DNA from: an uncultured Desulfobulbaceae bacterium
GTDB taxonomy: Bacteria; Desulfobacterota; Desulfobulbia; Desulfobulbales; BM004
DNA: 64,000 nucleotides
NCBI GenBank assembly: GCA_947259115.1
Contig: CAMYKS010000004.1
Coordinates: forward strand, 2,810-66,809
Direction of reading: 5' to 3'
Shown here: positions 1 to 8,838 of the stretch, in pieces
How the letters are laid out: each line of letters starts with the position of its first letter
Numbering within the stretch: position 1 is the first letter of the stretch
Translations under genes and position numbers: made by a program
The notes under the pieces: generated by a model
Databases searched by the model: none
What the model was told of the DNA's origin: nothing
What the model saw: only the letters and a program-made list of their open reading frames with translations

Positions 1-184
1 CTTAGGGAAATTTTCTTCTTTATCACCCCTTCTTTTTCTAAAGAGGCGATAAGTGACCAACCGGACAGCATTGCTACAACATAAGTAAATGCTGTAATTG
101 CGTATAAAAGTGTTGCTGAAGACATGCCAATATTCAGATATTAAAACTTAATGTGGCTATAAACTATTTTCAGGTTTAAATATT

Positions 185-208
185 CTGGACTCCCGCCTGC
201 GCGGGAGT
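185..208. repeat. GC-rich hairpin repeat, member of a dispersed intergenic repeat family
   Basis: Perfect 8-bp stem ACTCCCGC/GCGGGAGT with a 4-nt loop. The 13-mer CTGGACTCCCGCC (185-197) recurs inverted at 37506-37518, again as part of a CTCCCGC/GCGGGAG hairpin. Confidence 0.5.
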
Positions 209-407
209 GACAGTGATGTAGGATTTGTCATCCCCGCGGAGGAGGGGATCCAGTATTTATTGTTTTGTAATCATGATAAAAAAAATTCAATAACCGGAGA
301 ATCATTAAGAGCTACAAAACTTAATATATTTTGCCATTATTTGCAGTGGTTTAACTGCCCCTGCCGTTTAACTATCTTAACAGTTATGTTAACTGCCTTT
401 ATTAGAT

Positions 408-704
408 TTAAATTTTTTGATTTTTTATTCTTCTGTAAGCAAAACTTCCAGTCACAAAAGAAAATATAAGTGAGACAGCGGCTGAAATGCCGAGGTATTG
501 TTTCAAGGTTTCAGCTGCTGAGCTATATTGTTCTGATCCTTGAGGATATTCAATGCCATTTACAGCGATGGTTTCAAATGTACCAATATTAAATATTATA
601 AAGACTTCAAATAATATTGAACCTGCCGCAACAATGCTTAATAGGATGAGGGCCCAAGTTGGTATATAAAAAAAACCTTTTTTTGATGAACTCATAGTTG
701 CCAA
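408..704 (-). CDS. hypothetical small membrane protein (two predicted TM helices)
   Basis: 98-aa ORF with hydrophobic segments WALILLSIVAAGSILFEVFIIF and ISAAVSLIFSFVTGSF. No recognisable family. Confidence 0.45.
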   Translation of the reverse strand: MATMSSSKKGFFYIPTWALILLSIVAAGSILFEVFIIFNIGTFETIAVNGIEYPQGSEQYSSAAETLKQYLGISAAVSLIFSFVTGSFAYRRIKNQKI

Positions 705-830
705 TTATTCAAACTTAATAATCAAACATCCTCCTATGTGTAAGATCCTCCCGGCTTGCAAAAAGTGTTACGAATTGAACTCAGCCAGCCTCCTATCCGT
801 GGTTTTCGGGCAATGCGAAACCGCATGTAA

Positions 831-1260
831 TTATCCGGGATGTTCAAAAAATGATGCCTGCACACCTGCCGCCGTAGTCACGCGACAACAGTTACCCACA
901 TGATGCGCCGTGCTCCAACTCCCGGAAACACTGATTTTCAGCTCATAATTCACAGCAACCAATCCTACTACGTAAGGATTTTTATCATGTAACAGCCTTC
1001 TCATGCGGATTAAAAGAGTCCGGGCTATAGCAACGATGGCCCGTTTCCCTCCTGATCTGAATTTCAGTCTATCATATTTTCCCTGCATCACGACATCTTT
1101 ACGGACCAAGGTCCGTGATGCCTGGATCAGCACAGCACGTTCAGAATTTTTTCCTATACGGGTGATACTTCCCATCTGTATTTTTATCGGCGCTGGTATG
1201 TCGGGAGGGAGTCAAGCCAACCTCGGCTGCTTACTGGTCCGCATAAGTTATGTTTCCGCG
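831..1260 (-). pseudogene. IS110-family transposase, 3' fragment only
   Basis: ORF 831-1175 reads GSITRIGKNSERAVLIQASRTLVRKD..YDRLKFRSGGKRAIVAIARTLLIRMRRLL, the conserved C-terminal block of IS110/IS116/IS902 transposases. A further piece (GWLDSLPTYQRR, compare GL.PS.YQSG) lies upstream in another frame. The N-terminal catalytic two thirds is absent. Confidence 0.6.
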
Positions 1261-2195
1261 GCTGTATTTGACAAGTCGCATTCCAGGTAACAACTGCATT
1301 CGGTATTGATGCCGGCCTGCCTGATAATCGGTTCATATCTTGCTTTAAAGCCGCAATGCTTATCAAGATACATGGGATGATCCTTTGGCCTTATAACTCT
1401 TATTCTTTGATAGGCTTCCCGCCTGCCAATGTCACATATTTTTTTTAAAAGATAGGCTCTCGGATCCATTTGCAGCTTATGCCCAAGACGGGCGAAATTC
1501 CTGCTTCTTGCCTTGTTTCCCTGTTGAATGCGCTGCCCCTGGATGGTTATGACAATGATTTCATTGTTGCTCGTATCAATGAAAAAACTTACCTTGGCAA
1601 TATAACTGCAATCCGTGCCATGGGGCTGTTGTTCGGAAGCCCTGGTCAAATAACAGCATATCCCCGATGTGTCTTCAGCAGCCCCCTCCTCCATGAGCAT
1701 TTTCATATTCTGTTCCAGGTACACAGGACCGCCAAGTTTTTCCATGAATTGAGCCCGCAGGGCCAGTGTTTCATGCATGATCCTGCTGTTTTTCTTCAGC
1801 TGCCATACAACCTCACCGATTGTAGTTTTATCGAGGCCGTGCAAAAGAAAGTAGGGATAGGGAAAGCAGGCGTAATCACCGTCGGCAAGCGGTTCAGCAT
1901 AGGTCTGCAGCGCTTTTGCAACGGCCCCGGCAAAAGCCTTGACGCCTGATTGATCACGCAGGCCTCGATACGCACGATCGATCAAAATCATTACCAGTTC
2001 GATATGATCGCTGAAGCTCAGCCCCCTGATGACTTTCACTATCTGCGAAGAGGGACCGGCAGCAGATAGCGGATCTTTATTTTGTTTAATAACTTTGTAG
2101 AGAGAAGAGTCGAATCTTTGCTCATCAAACGACTCAGAGTTATGCAGGTATTCTTCGATGCGGTGAGAAAAAGCCCTTTGTCGTATTTGGGTCAT
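1248..2195 (-). CDS. hypothetical protein, 315 aa, family not confidently recognised
   Basis: Long intact ORF. Its ATG overlaps the stop of the upstream RRM gene (ATGA at 2192-2195). The C-terminal third (ITIQGQR..PRAYLLKKI..IRVIRPKDHPMY) is only vaguely reminiscent of DUF535/VirK-type proteins. Confidence 0.6.
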   Translation of the reverse strand: MTQIRQRAFSHRIEEYLHNSESFDEQRFDSSLYKVIKQNKDPLSAAGPSSQIVKVIRGLSFSDHIELVMILIDRAYRGLRDQSGVKAFAGAVAKALQTYAEPLADGDYACFPYPYFLLHGLDKTTIGEVVWQLKKNSRIMHETLALRAQFMEKLGGPVYLEQNMKMLMEEGAAEDTSGICCYLTRASEQQPHGTDCSYIAKVSFFIDTSNNEIIVITIQGQRIQQGNKARSRNFARLGHKLQMDPRAYLLKKICDIGRREAYQRIRVIRPKDHPMYLDKHCGFKARYEPIIRQAGINTECSCYLECDLSNTAAET

Positions 2196-2425
2196 GCTTC
2201 CCTGACAACAAGATGCTTTTTGTTGACATACTTGTCGTTTAAGGCGGCAATGGCACGCTTGCCGTGTTCACGGGCCGACATTTCAACATAACCCATGTTT
2301 TTTGATTGCCTGGTGTACTGGTCGGTAATAATTTGGGCATTGAGCACTTTACCGTAAGGAGTAAACAAATCGCTTAATTCCGCTTCGGTCATATTATATA
2401 TCAGATTGCCTACATAGAGTTTCAC
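2192..2425 (-). CDS. RRM (RNP-type) RNA-binding protein
   Basis: RNP-2 KLYVGNL and RNP-1-like NMGYVEM motifs, typical ~77-aa bacterial RRM size. GTG at 2425 is preceded by AAAGGGG. The ORF-track start at 2518 adds 31 non-conserved residues. Confidence 0.85.
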   Translation of the reverse strand: MKLYVGNLIYNMTEAELSDLFTPYGKVLNAQIITDQYTRQSKNMGYVEMSAREHGKRAIAALNDKYVNKKHLVVREA

Positions 2426-3013
2426 AGATGGGCCCCTTTGTGTGAGTATTGGCAACAAAGAATAGAGTTCAGCAGAGAATTCTGCAAAAAAATTAATTGT
2501 TGCAAATGAGATAGACACACACGAATAAATTTGAATGTAACGTAATTATTATATCCCTTTCTGCTTTTTTTTACAATATAAATAACCCGGTGAGCATATC
2601 TGTTTCTCCTGACTGTTGCCAGGCAGGCCTCAAAATTTCCCTGCACAAAAACTCATTAAATTACTGATATATAATACAATAAAATGGTAATGCCAGGATA
2701 AATCTTCATTCGTTCATCCCCAAAAACCGGGTGCAGTGATAAACACCGTACTTATGAAGCAAAAACATCAAATAATAACCATAAATTTGATATTAATGAA
2801 TTTCCAATTGGTTGATAATACACCGTTCCGCATCATACAATATGTCTAAGTGCAAATGGGCACGATGAGTGGGTACAATCTGTACCTTCCCTGAAGGGGA
2901 ATACTTGCAGCTATATTTACTTTTCTGATGTGCAAAATTAAAGCGAAGAACAAATACATGATGGCTGACTATTTTAGCCGCCCCAAATACTCAATTGTCA
3001 ACCCGATACCATG

Positions 3014-3117
3014 CTAGGAGCCTGTCGGAGAATTATAATCGTAACGAAAAAATGAGGAATTGAGATCAAATTTTTGGAAAATTGATGCGAATAGCAGCGC
3101 TATTTAAAGAAAATTTA
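3014..3117. repeat. truncated (left-half) copy of the 167-bp MITE at 62139-62305
   Basis: 104 bp identical to 62139-62242 except one substitution (GGAAAATTGA vs GGAAATTTGA). It starts with the same TIR CTAGGAGCCTGTCGGAGAATTA. The right half and right TIR are missing. Confidence 0.85.
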
Positions 3118-3661
3118 CATAGAGCTTGAAACTTTGAACCACCTGGTCATATGAGGCCAGGTCACGGTCATAATGGTATCTTGCCGCTGCCGTATAACAA
3201 ATTTGGTAAAATTGGTCCCGGACCATGAAACCGTTAACCGTGCTTTTCACCCGTAAGTCTCCCTGGTTTTTGTAGGTGAAAACCAGGCGGAAACCCTTGT
3301 GGCCGCTAATGGTCACAGGTGAGTTTTCCTGGATCGTGAAGTTCAGGAGGGAGGGGTTGATGGCGAAATCATCGGCAATCAATTCCGCCTGTTCGTGGGG
3401 CAGCATGTCCGCTCGGATTTTTTTCTTGGAATGCTCCAGTTCATCACCAATGGCCATGCCCTTGATGATGATGTTCTGCAGCAGAATACCGTCCCTGCTG
3501 ATTAGAAGCATATCGGTGGTAGGAGCTTTCATCCAACCGGCTGGAAGATCAACAGTGTAATTCATCTGTTCGAAATTGTAGGGCCCGCCCACCTCTTTCC
3601 AGCTCGCGGCACAGCCTGACAGAAATAAAACAAACAAAGGAAACACGATCAATCTATTCAT
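3104..3661 (-). CDS. hypothetical lipoprotein
   Basis: Start MNRLIVFPLFVLFLSGC has a signal peptide plus lipobox LSGC, and GGAGAG lies 8 nt upstream of the ATG at 3661. The last 4 codons and the stop lie inside the truncated MITE copy. Confidence 0.7.
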   Translation of the reverse strand: MNRLIVFPLFVLFLSGCAASWKEVGGPYNFEQMNYTVDLPAGWMKAPTTDMLLISRDGILLQNIIIKGMAIGDELEHSKKKIRADMLPHEQAELIADDFAINPSLLNFTIQENSPVTISGHKGFRLVFTYKNQGDLRVKSTVNGFMVRDQFYQICYTAAARYHYDRDLASYDQVVQSFKLYVNFL

Positions 3662-3790
3662 TTCAGTTCTCTCCGTGAATGGTTTTGAGACTCTCAACGA
3701 TATAGTCTCGGTCAATATAATCCGTGGCAACATTAATGGAAGTGCCGCCCCACAACAGACAGGAGGATATGATTAAGGTGACTGTAGATT

Positions 3791-4519
3791 TCATAAGCCG
3801 TGCAGAGGAAAATCAGCAAAGAGCTGCTGGATTAAATTGTCAACGCTTTCCCGGCTGCGCAGATCATGCCGCCCGGAAGTGATTTTGGACGAATACCAGA
3901 TGATCTTGCCGTTAGCTCCGATTATCGAGGCATTGACTCTGGTAATGCCCGACCTGAGTGCACCATAGCTCCCTGTGACCGCGCTGGCTAGAATGCCTGC
4001 TGCCATGAGCGCCTGACGGCCGCCGGTGGAGACCTCATCAGAACCACAAATCATGATGATGCCGTCTGCCTCCAATTCCTTGAGGATATCATCTATGGGG
4101 CCGATGGAGTAGTCGAAATTCTGTATTTTCGTGGGAAAGATATGCGGACTCTGCCCATTCATTGCATGCAACTCAATGCTGTGACTCACAGCACCATACA
4201 GGGAACGGAGATCTTCAAGCTTCTCCTCCATTTCAGGGGAAAGCTCCTTGTCCATGATCTGGTATTTTATGCCCTGCAGGTTCTGCAGCACAGCGGCGGT
4301 CACGTTTTCCAGACCTATATTGCTCCACTCCTGTTTCGGCTCGCGCACCCCGCCTGCGGTCAATTCGTAGACCTCGACCTTGGGGAGTACCAGAATAGGG
4401 TTGCGGATTTCCCTGGACAGGGCTCTGAATTCCGGATTGACGCGATACTGCTGTGAAACGCAGCCGACATTGATTGAAAAAACGGCTAGTATTATGGAAA
4501 AAATTATTTTTTTTACCAT
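3791..4519 (-). CDS. hypothetical lipoprotein
   Basis: MVKKIIFSIILAVFSINVGC signal peptide with lipobox, SD-like GGGGA upstream of the ATG at 4519. No family recognised. Confidence 0.7.
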   Translation of the reverse strand: MVKKIIFSIILAVFSINVGCVSQQYRVNPEFRALSREIRNPILVLPKVEVYELTAGGVREPKQEWSNIGLENVTAAVLQNLQGIKYQIMDKELSPEMEEKLEDLRSLYGAVSHSIELHAMNGQSPHIFPTKIQNFDYSIGPIDDILKELEADGIIMICGSDEVSTGGRQALMAAGILASAVTGSYGALRSGITRVNASIIGANGKIIWYSSKITSGRHDLRSRESVDNLIQQLFADFPLHGL

Positions 4520-4682
4520 TTTTTCCCCGGTGATACGTTTTTTCTTATTCAGGCTGTGCTGAAAACCGGGATGGTCATGGCATCCCACTGCAAATCCTGA
4601 AAAGACACTTAAGGAACCCCTGAAAAACTCTGCAGAATAAAAAGCTGCGCCAAGTGAGCATAAACATAAAACTGAAAATTAA

Positions 4683-4838
4683 AAAATAAACTGTTTTTTT
4701 CAATTTTCAGCAAATCTGGAGTTTTTGCAAAAAACTGGTATAGAAGCAGTCCTGGCAGCCGGCATATTCCATAGGGCAGAAGAGCTCATCATGGCGGTCA
4801 AGAAACACCTTCTGGAACCGGGAATCGAAATCCGTTAA
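4683..4838 (+). pseudogene. hisF: relic of the 3' end of hisF (imidazole glycerol phosphate synthase cyclase subunit)
   Basis: Start-less frame reads ..ANLEFLQKTGIEAVLAAGIFHRAEELIMAVKKHLLEPGIEIR-stop. It parallels the HisF C-terminus (..HF.E.F..T.ADAALAAS.FHF.E.TI.E.K.YL...GI.VR). Stops lie immediately upstream and no upstream HisF sequence is present in any frame. Confidence 0.55.
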
Positions 4839-4926
4839 ACTTTACATTTTAACTGCTTATGGTAAATTGTAACAAACAAGCAGGGCCATAATAAGTCTTG
4901 AACCTTTATATTACCGGACTTCCTTC

Positions 4927-5430
4927 ATGATTCTAGCAGTTGATGTAGCATACCGGAAAGATGCGGCTATTGTGGGGGGTATACTTTTCCGCAACTGGAC
5001 TGCTGATAAACCCGTTAAAGAACTTGTGATCTCCTGTGCGGTTCCGGACAATTATATGCCTGGCCAGTTTTACCGGCGGGAGTTACCCTGTATAGCAGCC
5101 TTGTTGGAACAGGTGCCCGAAAAACTTGACTGCATTATCATTGACGGGTTTGTTTATCTGGGTAGTGACAGAGAACCCGGCCTGGGCAAACATCTGCGTG
5201 ACATTCTGGATGAAGAAGTTGCTGTTATCGGGGTGGCAAAAACGGAATTTTCTGAGACGCCAGAGTCCTGTGAAGTACTGCGCGGCAAGAGCAAAAATCC
5301 TCTCTATGTAACTGCAGATGGTATTAACGAAGAACGGGCAAAATTTCTTATCAAAAGCATGCATGGCGAGGACAGGATCCCCACCCTGCTCAAATATGTG
5401 GACCGTCTGTGCAAAAATCTTGCAGCATAA
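4927..5430 (+). CDS. endonuclease V-like protein (short form)
   Basis: ILAVDVAY (catalytic Asp region), PGQFYRRELP (compare PG.LAFRE.P), DCIIIDGFVY (compare VDG.G), AVIGVAKT (compare IGVAK). At 167 aa it is shorter than canonical Nfi. Confidence 0.6.
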   Translation: MILAVDVAYRKDAAIVGGILFRNWTADKPVKELVISCAVPDNYMPGQFYRRELPCIAALLEQVPEKLDCIIIDGFVYLGSDREPGLGKHLRDILDEEVAVIGVAKTEFSETPESCEVLRGKSKNPLYVTADGINEERAKFLIKSMHGEDRIPTLLKYVDRLCKNLAA

Positions 5431-5468
5431 TGATAACTCCTGTTATTGCAAAAGGTACAAGGAGTTAA

Positions 5469-5747
5469 TTACTTATCATTAAAGAGATCATTCAATTTCT
5501 CAAAGGCTTTATTTCCCAACCCGGCTTTGGCCGCTTCTCCTGTTGAGAGACAGAAGAAGTCACTGTAATTGGCCCGTTCCTTATCCTGCACCAATTCACG
5601 AACTGATTCCCGGCATTGCCGATAAGCATTGGCATCATAAAACTCACAGTGCAGGCAAATGTGAAGGTCCCTGCTGCAGAAATGACATTCATCCCTGATA
5701 TGGATCTTTGTTTCAGCAATTTCCTTATGACAGAATGCGCAGTTCAC
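5469..5747 (-). CDS. Cys-rich zinc-ribbon protein, function unknown
   Basis: CAFC..CHFC..CLHC..C pattern. It overlaps the stop of the upstream MazG-like gene by 4 nt. Confidence 0.6.
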   Translation of the reverse strand: MNCAFCHKEIAETKIHIRDECHFCSRDLHICLHCEFYDANAYRQCRESVRELVQDKERANYSDFFCLSTGEAAKAGLGNKAFEKLNDLFNDK

Positions 5748-6085
5748 TTGTAATCACTGTACTTGTTTGATTTGCCCCTGACCTTTACAGCAGGATATTT
5801 TTCCTCATTTTTTGCCAGTTTATCCTGGGCCGCCTGCAGGGGGTCTATGCCAAGCTTGTCGCAAATATTCACCAGGTAGATCAAAACATCGCCAATCTCC
5901 TCCCTCACCGCCGCAAGTTTGTCGGCTGCCAGGCTGTTGCTCTGCTCTTCAGTCAACCACTGGAAATGCTCGGCCAACTCGCTTGCCTCAACCACCAGGG
6001 CCATGGCAAGATTTTTGGGAGAATGGTATTGATCCCAGTCCCTCTCCTGGCGGAATTTTTTTACTTGCTCAAGTAAATCCTTCAA
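5744..6085 (-). CDS. MazG-like nucleotide pyrophosphohydrolase (small all-alpha NTP-PPase)
   Basis: FRQERDWDQYHSPKNLAMALVVEASELAEHFQW..EEIGDVLIYL carries the typical EExxE/D metal-binding helices of MazG/dCTPase-type proteins. Confidence 0.8.
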   Translation of the reverse strand: MKDLLEQVKKFRQERDWDQYHSPKNLAMALVVEASELAEHFQWLTEEQSNSLAADKLAAVREEIGDVLIYLVNICDKLGIDPLQAAQDKLAKNEEKYPAVKVRGKSNKYSDYK

Positions 6086-6096
6086 AATTTTTCCAA

Positions 6097-6564
6097 CTAA
6101 TTGAGGAGATAAAACCCTAGAGATGCTTTAAAGTTATGTGTAGCATTGAACTCACAGCCAACATGGTCTTTACTTAATGATCGCACTGTAGCACCTGAAT
6201 TTATGGGAGTATTATTACTATCATCGAGTTCAAATGAAACTTCAACCTGATCGTCTGTCTGGGTCCGATGCTTGTTAAAAATGGTGAAGCCTATCCCTCC
6301 CATAGAAATATTTTCTATGATTATCTGCTGGCCTTCTTGTTTTGACATATTTATATTTTTGCCCAACAATCTGACACGTTTCCTGGGGTGTCTTCTGTAT
6401 TCGAGACAGAGGCAGAATTTTTTTTCGCAGCTGCATTTTATGCGCAACTCGCGCTTGCCGGTTCCCTTATATTGTGCCACTGATATCTTTTTTATTTTTC
6501 GGCAGAAGGGACAGGAAAGAACCGCCACATCCCCTTGCTTAACCAGAACCTTTTTCGCTTCCAT
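6097..6564 (-). CDS. PilZ domain protein with N-terminal zinc ribbon
   Basis: CPFC..C.C ribbon, then PilZ motifs RRHPRKR and ENISMGGIGF (RxxxR ... D/NxSxxG). Confidence 0.75.
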   Translation of the reverse strand: MEAKKVLVKQGDVAVLSCPFCRKIKKISVAQYKGTGKRELRIKCSCEKKFCLCLEYRRHPRKRVRLLGKNINMSKQEGQQIIIENISMGGIGFTIFNKHRTQTDDQVEVSFELDDSNNTPINSGATVRSLSKDHVGCEFNATHNFKASLGFYLLN

Positions 6565-6622
6565 TGCGGCACCTCTTCGTTATGAACGACAGCGGCAATA
6601 CCTGAAAAATCCCTTACCGTAT

Positions 6623-7072
6623 CTATGTCCGAGCCTTTAATTTGGCATCAATCATGTCTTTATGGCCGAGTCGAAGGAGATGGGTCAGTTTGCGGGCAAA
6701 ATGGTCTTCGTGTTTTTCAAGATCGCCGTCAAGAAGAATTATGCGCCAGACAGCCTCAAGAACCGCCCTCTTCTCCTCCTTGTTGAATTCATTATTGATA
6801 TGGTTGGTAAATTCAAAAAGATCAACAGCCTGACTCCGTTTACGATGGGCCAAATCAAGCAGGTCTCCGGCATGTTGCTTCGAGATGTTAAATTCCGCAC
6901 GCAGTGTCTCAATCACATGATCCAACTCTTCATCAGTACATACGTGATCAGCATAGGCCGCCTCCAAAAGAATAACACCGGCGGCAATTCTGGTGCGCTC
7001 ACCATTGTCACTGACAGTTTCGGAAGATCTCTGCCCTCTGCTTATCAATGTCTGCCTGATAAAATTTAACAT
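6623..7072 (-). CDS. TerB-family (tellurite-resistance-like) protein
   Basis: GVILLEAAYADHVCTDEELDHV and WRIILLDGDLEKHEDHFARKL are the paired ADG/E-rich helices typical of TerB. Confidence 0.7.
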   Translation of the reverse strand: MLNFIRQTLISRGQRSSETVSDNGERTRIAAGVILLEAAYADHVCTDEELDHVIETLRAEFNISKQHAGDLLDLAHRKRSQAVDLFEFTNHINNEFNKEEKRAVLEAVWRIILLDGDLEKHEDHFARKLTHLLRLGHKDMIDAKLKART

Positions 7073-7198
7073 CGTTTCCGTTTACCTGAATATAAATGCC
7101 TGTGGACTACTTACGCCGACTTTTCCTGCCTCTATATATCTTTCTCTTTATCATAAATAATATTAAATTAAAATGATACTTTGTTAATTAAAAATTAC

Positions 7199-7768
7199 TC
7201 AGCCACCTGAACCTGCGGGGTCGTTTAGCATAAGCCAGCTCGTAAGTTTTTCCGTACTTTTGCCCAGGGTCTCCAGAGCCCCGAGACCGGTGAGCTGCAG
7301 GTTTGAAATCCTGCTGCTGCTGTTTGCCAGAATGGTGACTCCCGGACTTTTTGCAAGGAAAATTCTGGTCAGGGTTGCACCGTCACCATCCAAGTCGTCC
7401 AGATCAGCATCCATGATCACCAGGTTTATGTCCTCGTTATCAAAAAACCTGAGCGCCGCATCATAGGCATAGGCGACGTGAATCTTGACTGGGCCGAAAA
7501 CATAATAATTGTTTATGGCATTAATAAACCCCTGGGCAATATTCGGTTCGTCCTCTACCAGGAGAATACGAGAATACCGCAGTACTTTACCTGCGGCTAA
7601 ATTACACCCCTGATGTTGGAACACCTGCCCCCGGGGAAGAACTGTGCGCGTTGGATTGAATATGTCCTTGATCCAGCCCAAAATACCCAGAATAAACCGG
7701 GCGGTCCGTTCGCTTGGTTTTTGGTAATTCCGGCCGTCATTGTTAATTGATTGAATTTCCTTGGGCAT
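7199..7768 (-). CDS. response regulator receiver protein with ~65-aa N-terminal extension and no output domain
   Basis: ILLVEDEPNIAQ, phospho-acceptor region LVIMDADLDD, and a later ILANSS segment. Confidence 0.65.
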   Translation of the reverse strand: MPKEIQSINNDGRNYQKPSERTARFILGILGWIKDIFNPTRTVLPRGQVFQHQGCNLAAGKVLRYSRILLVEDEPNIAQGFINAINNYYVFGPVKIHVAYAYDAALRFFDNEDINLVIMDADLDDLDGDGATLTRIFLAKSPGVTILANSSSRISNLQLTGLGALETLGKSTEKLTSWLMLNDPAGSGG

Positions 7769-7816
7769 TTTAATCCTTATTTATTCAGTTACAAGCATGC
7801 CGCTGTTTGTCCGGCT

Positions 7817-8290
7817 TCAGCCCAGGTCTTTTTTGAGCAGCATGATAAGATCTTTTTCAATTGCAGACCCCACAAGCTTCATTCTCTTGTGGTGTTTGCG
7901 ATTAAAAACATTCTCCATGGAAATCCGCAGTTGTGGCGTAATACTCTTTGTTGTCTTGCGTAATATCTTATCAAGGCAGGTCCTGACAAAACTTTCAGGG
8001 TACAGCACAAAACCATAGCAGGTGGCCTTCTCAGCCTGGAATAACGAATGGAAATTTTGATACATCGAGCCATGCCCGCGGCTCATTCCGGACCTGGAGA
8101 TAACATAGAGGTCCATGACGGGATAGTAAAGACCCGGGGCTTCCATAAGCATCCTTGAGGCCCGAGCCGAGGTGAGTGTCTGAAAATGCAATACTATGTC
8201 CTGGGCAGAAAATACAAATGTGTCGGATATTTTTTTAATCTCTGTCTTGATGCGATCCAATTCTGCCTGCGAATCTGTTTCCTGAACCAT
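7817..8290 (-). CDS. hypothetical protein
   Basis: 157-aa intact ORF directly upstream of the receiver gene on the same strand. No motif recognised. Confidence 0.45.
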   Translation of the reverse strand: MVQETDSQAELDRIKTEIKKISDTFVFSAQDIVLHFQTLTSARASRMLMEAPGLYYPVMDLYVISRSGMSRGHGSMYQNFHSLFQAEKATCYGFVLYPESFVRTCLDKILRKTTKSITPQLRISMENVFNRKHHKRMKLVGSAIEKDLIMLLKKDLG

Positions 8291-8516
8291 AATAATTGCT
8301 GAGAAAAGAGTCTTTTCATTTAAGCCAGGTTAATTCACGAGATGAGGTTACCGCTATCCTACTCTTTCTCAAAAACGAAAACAACCACTAAGGAATTAAG
8401 ATTGTGGACAAAATAATCCGCACTACGGCGGATTATTTTGGGGGGGCGATATGTAAATCTTGGCCAATTAATTCCTGGCCCTTCTTGTATGCTGATTGAA
8501 AGACAGGAATTATGAA

Positions 8517-8657
8517 TTATTTCATAAAGGATAGAGCAAGAACAGCCAACAGCCAAATACCGGTTAGTACTCCGCTCAGCATTAAAACACCTTCAACTAT
8601 TCTAGTGATTCTATCCTGTAATTGATTCTCCGACCTGGTATTTAGACTACTCTGCAT
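8517..8657 (-). CDS. candidate small membrane protein (46 aa), absent from the ORF track
   Basis: ATG at 8657 preceded by GGAGG 7 nt upstream. Translation is MQSSLNTRSENQLQDRITRIVEGVLMLSGVLTGIWLLAVLALSFMK with one C-terminal TM helix. Confidence 0.4.
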   Translation of the reverse strand: MQSSLNTRSENQLQDRITRIVEGVLMLSGVLTGIWLLAVLALSFMK

Positions 8658-8838
8658 GAGACACCTCCGGACTTTTTCATTTTTTACAAGAAAAAATCAA
8701 CCAATCAGATTCCTAAGCATTTGCATTTTCCAGCACAACTTATTGAAATTATTGATTTTACGCAATACAAAAGAGCAACAGGCACTACCACAATGTAGCA
8801 AAGAGAAATGTAAAATTCAAGAAAAACCTATGGCCGCT

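Noticed and set aside
1-125. Partial minus-strand ORF starting at 125 (MSSATLLYAITAFTYVVAMLSGW..) and running off the left edge.
   Set aside because: Only 41 codons are visible, with no Shine-Dalgarno and no recognisable motif. It is too little to call.
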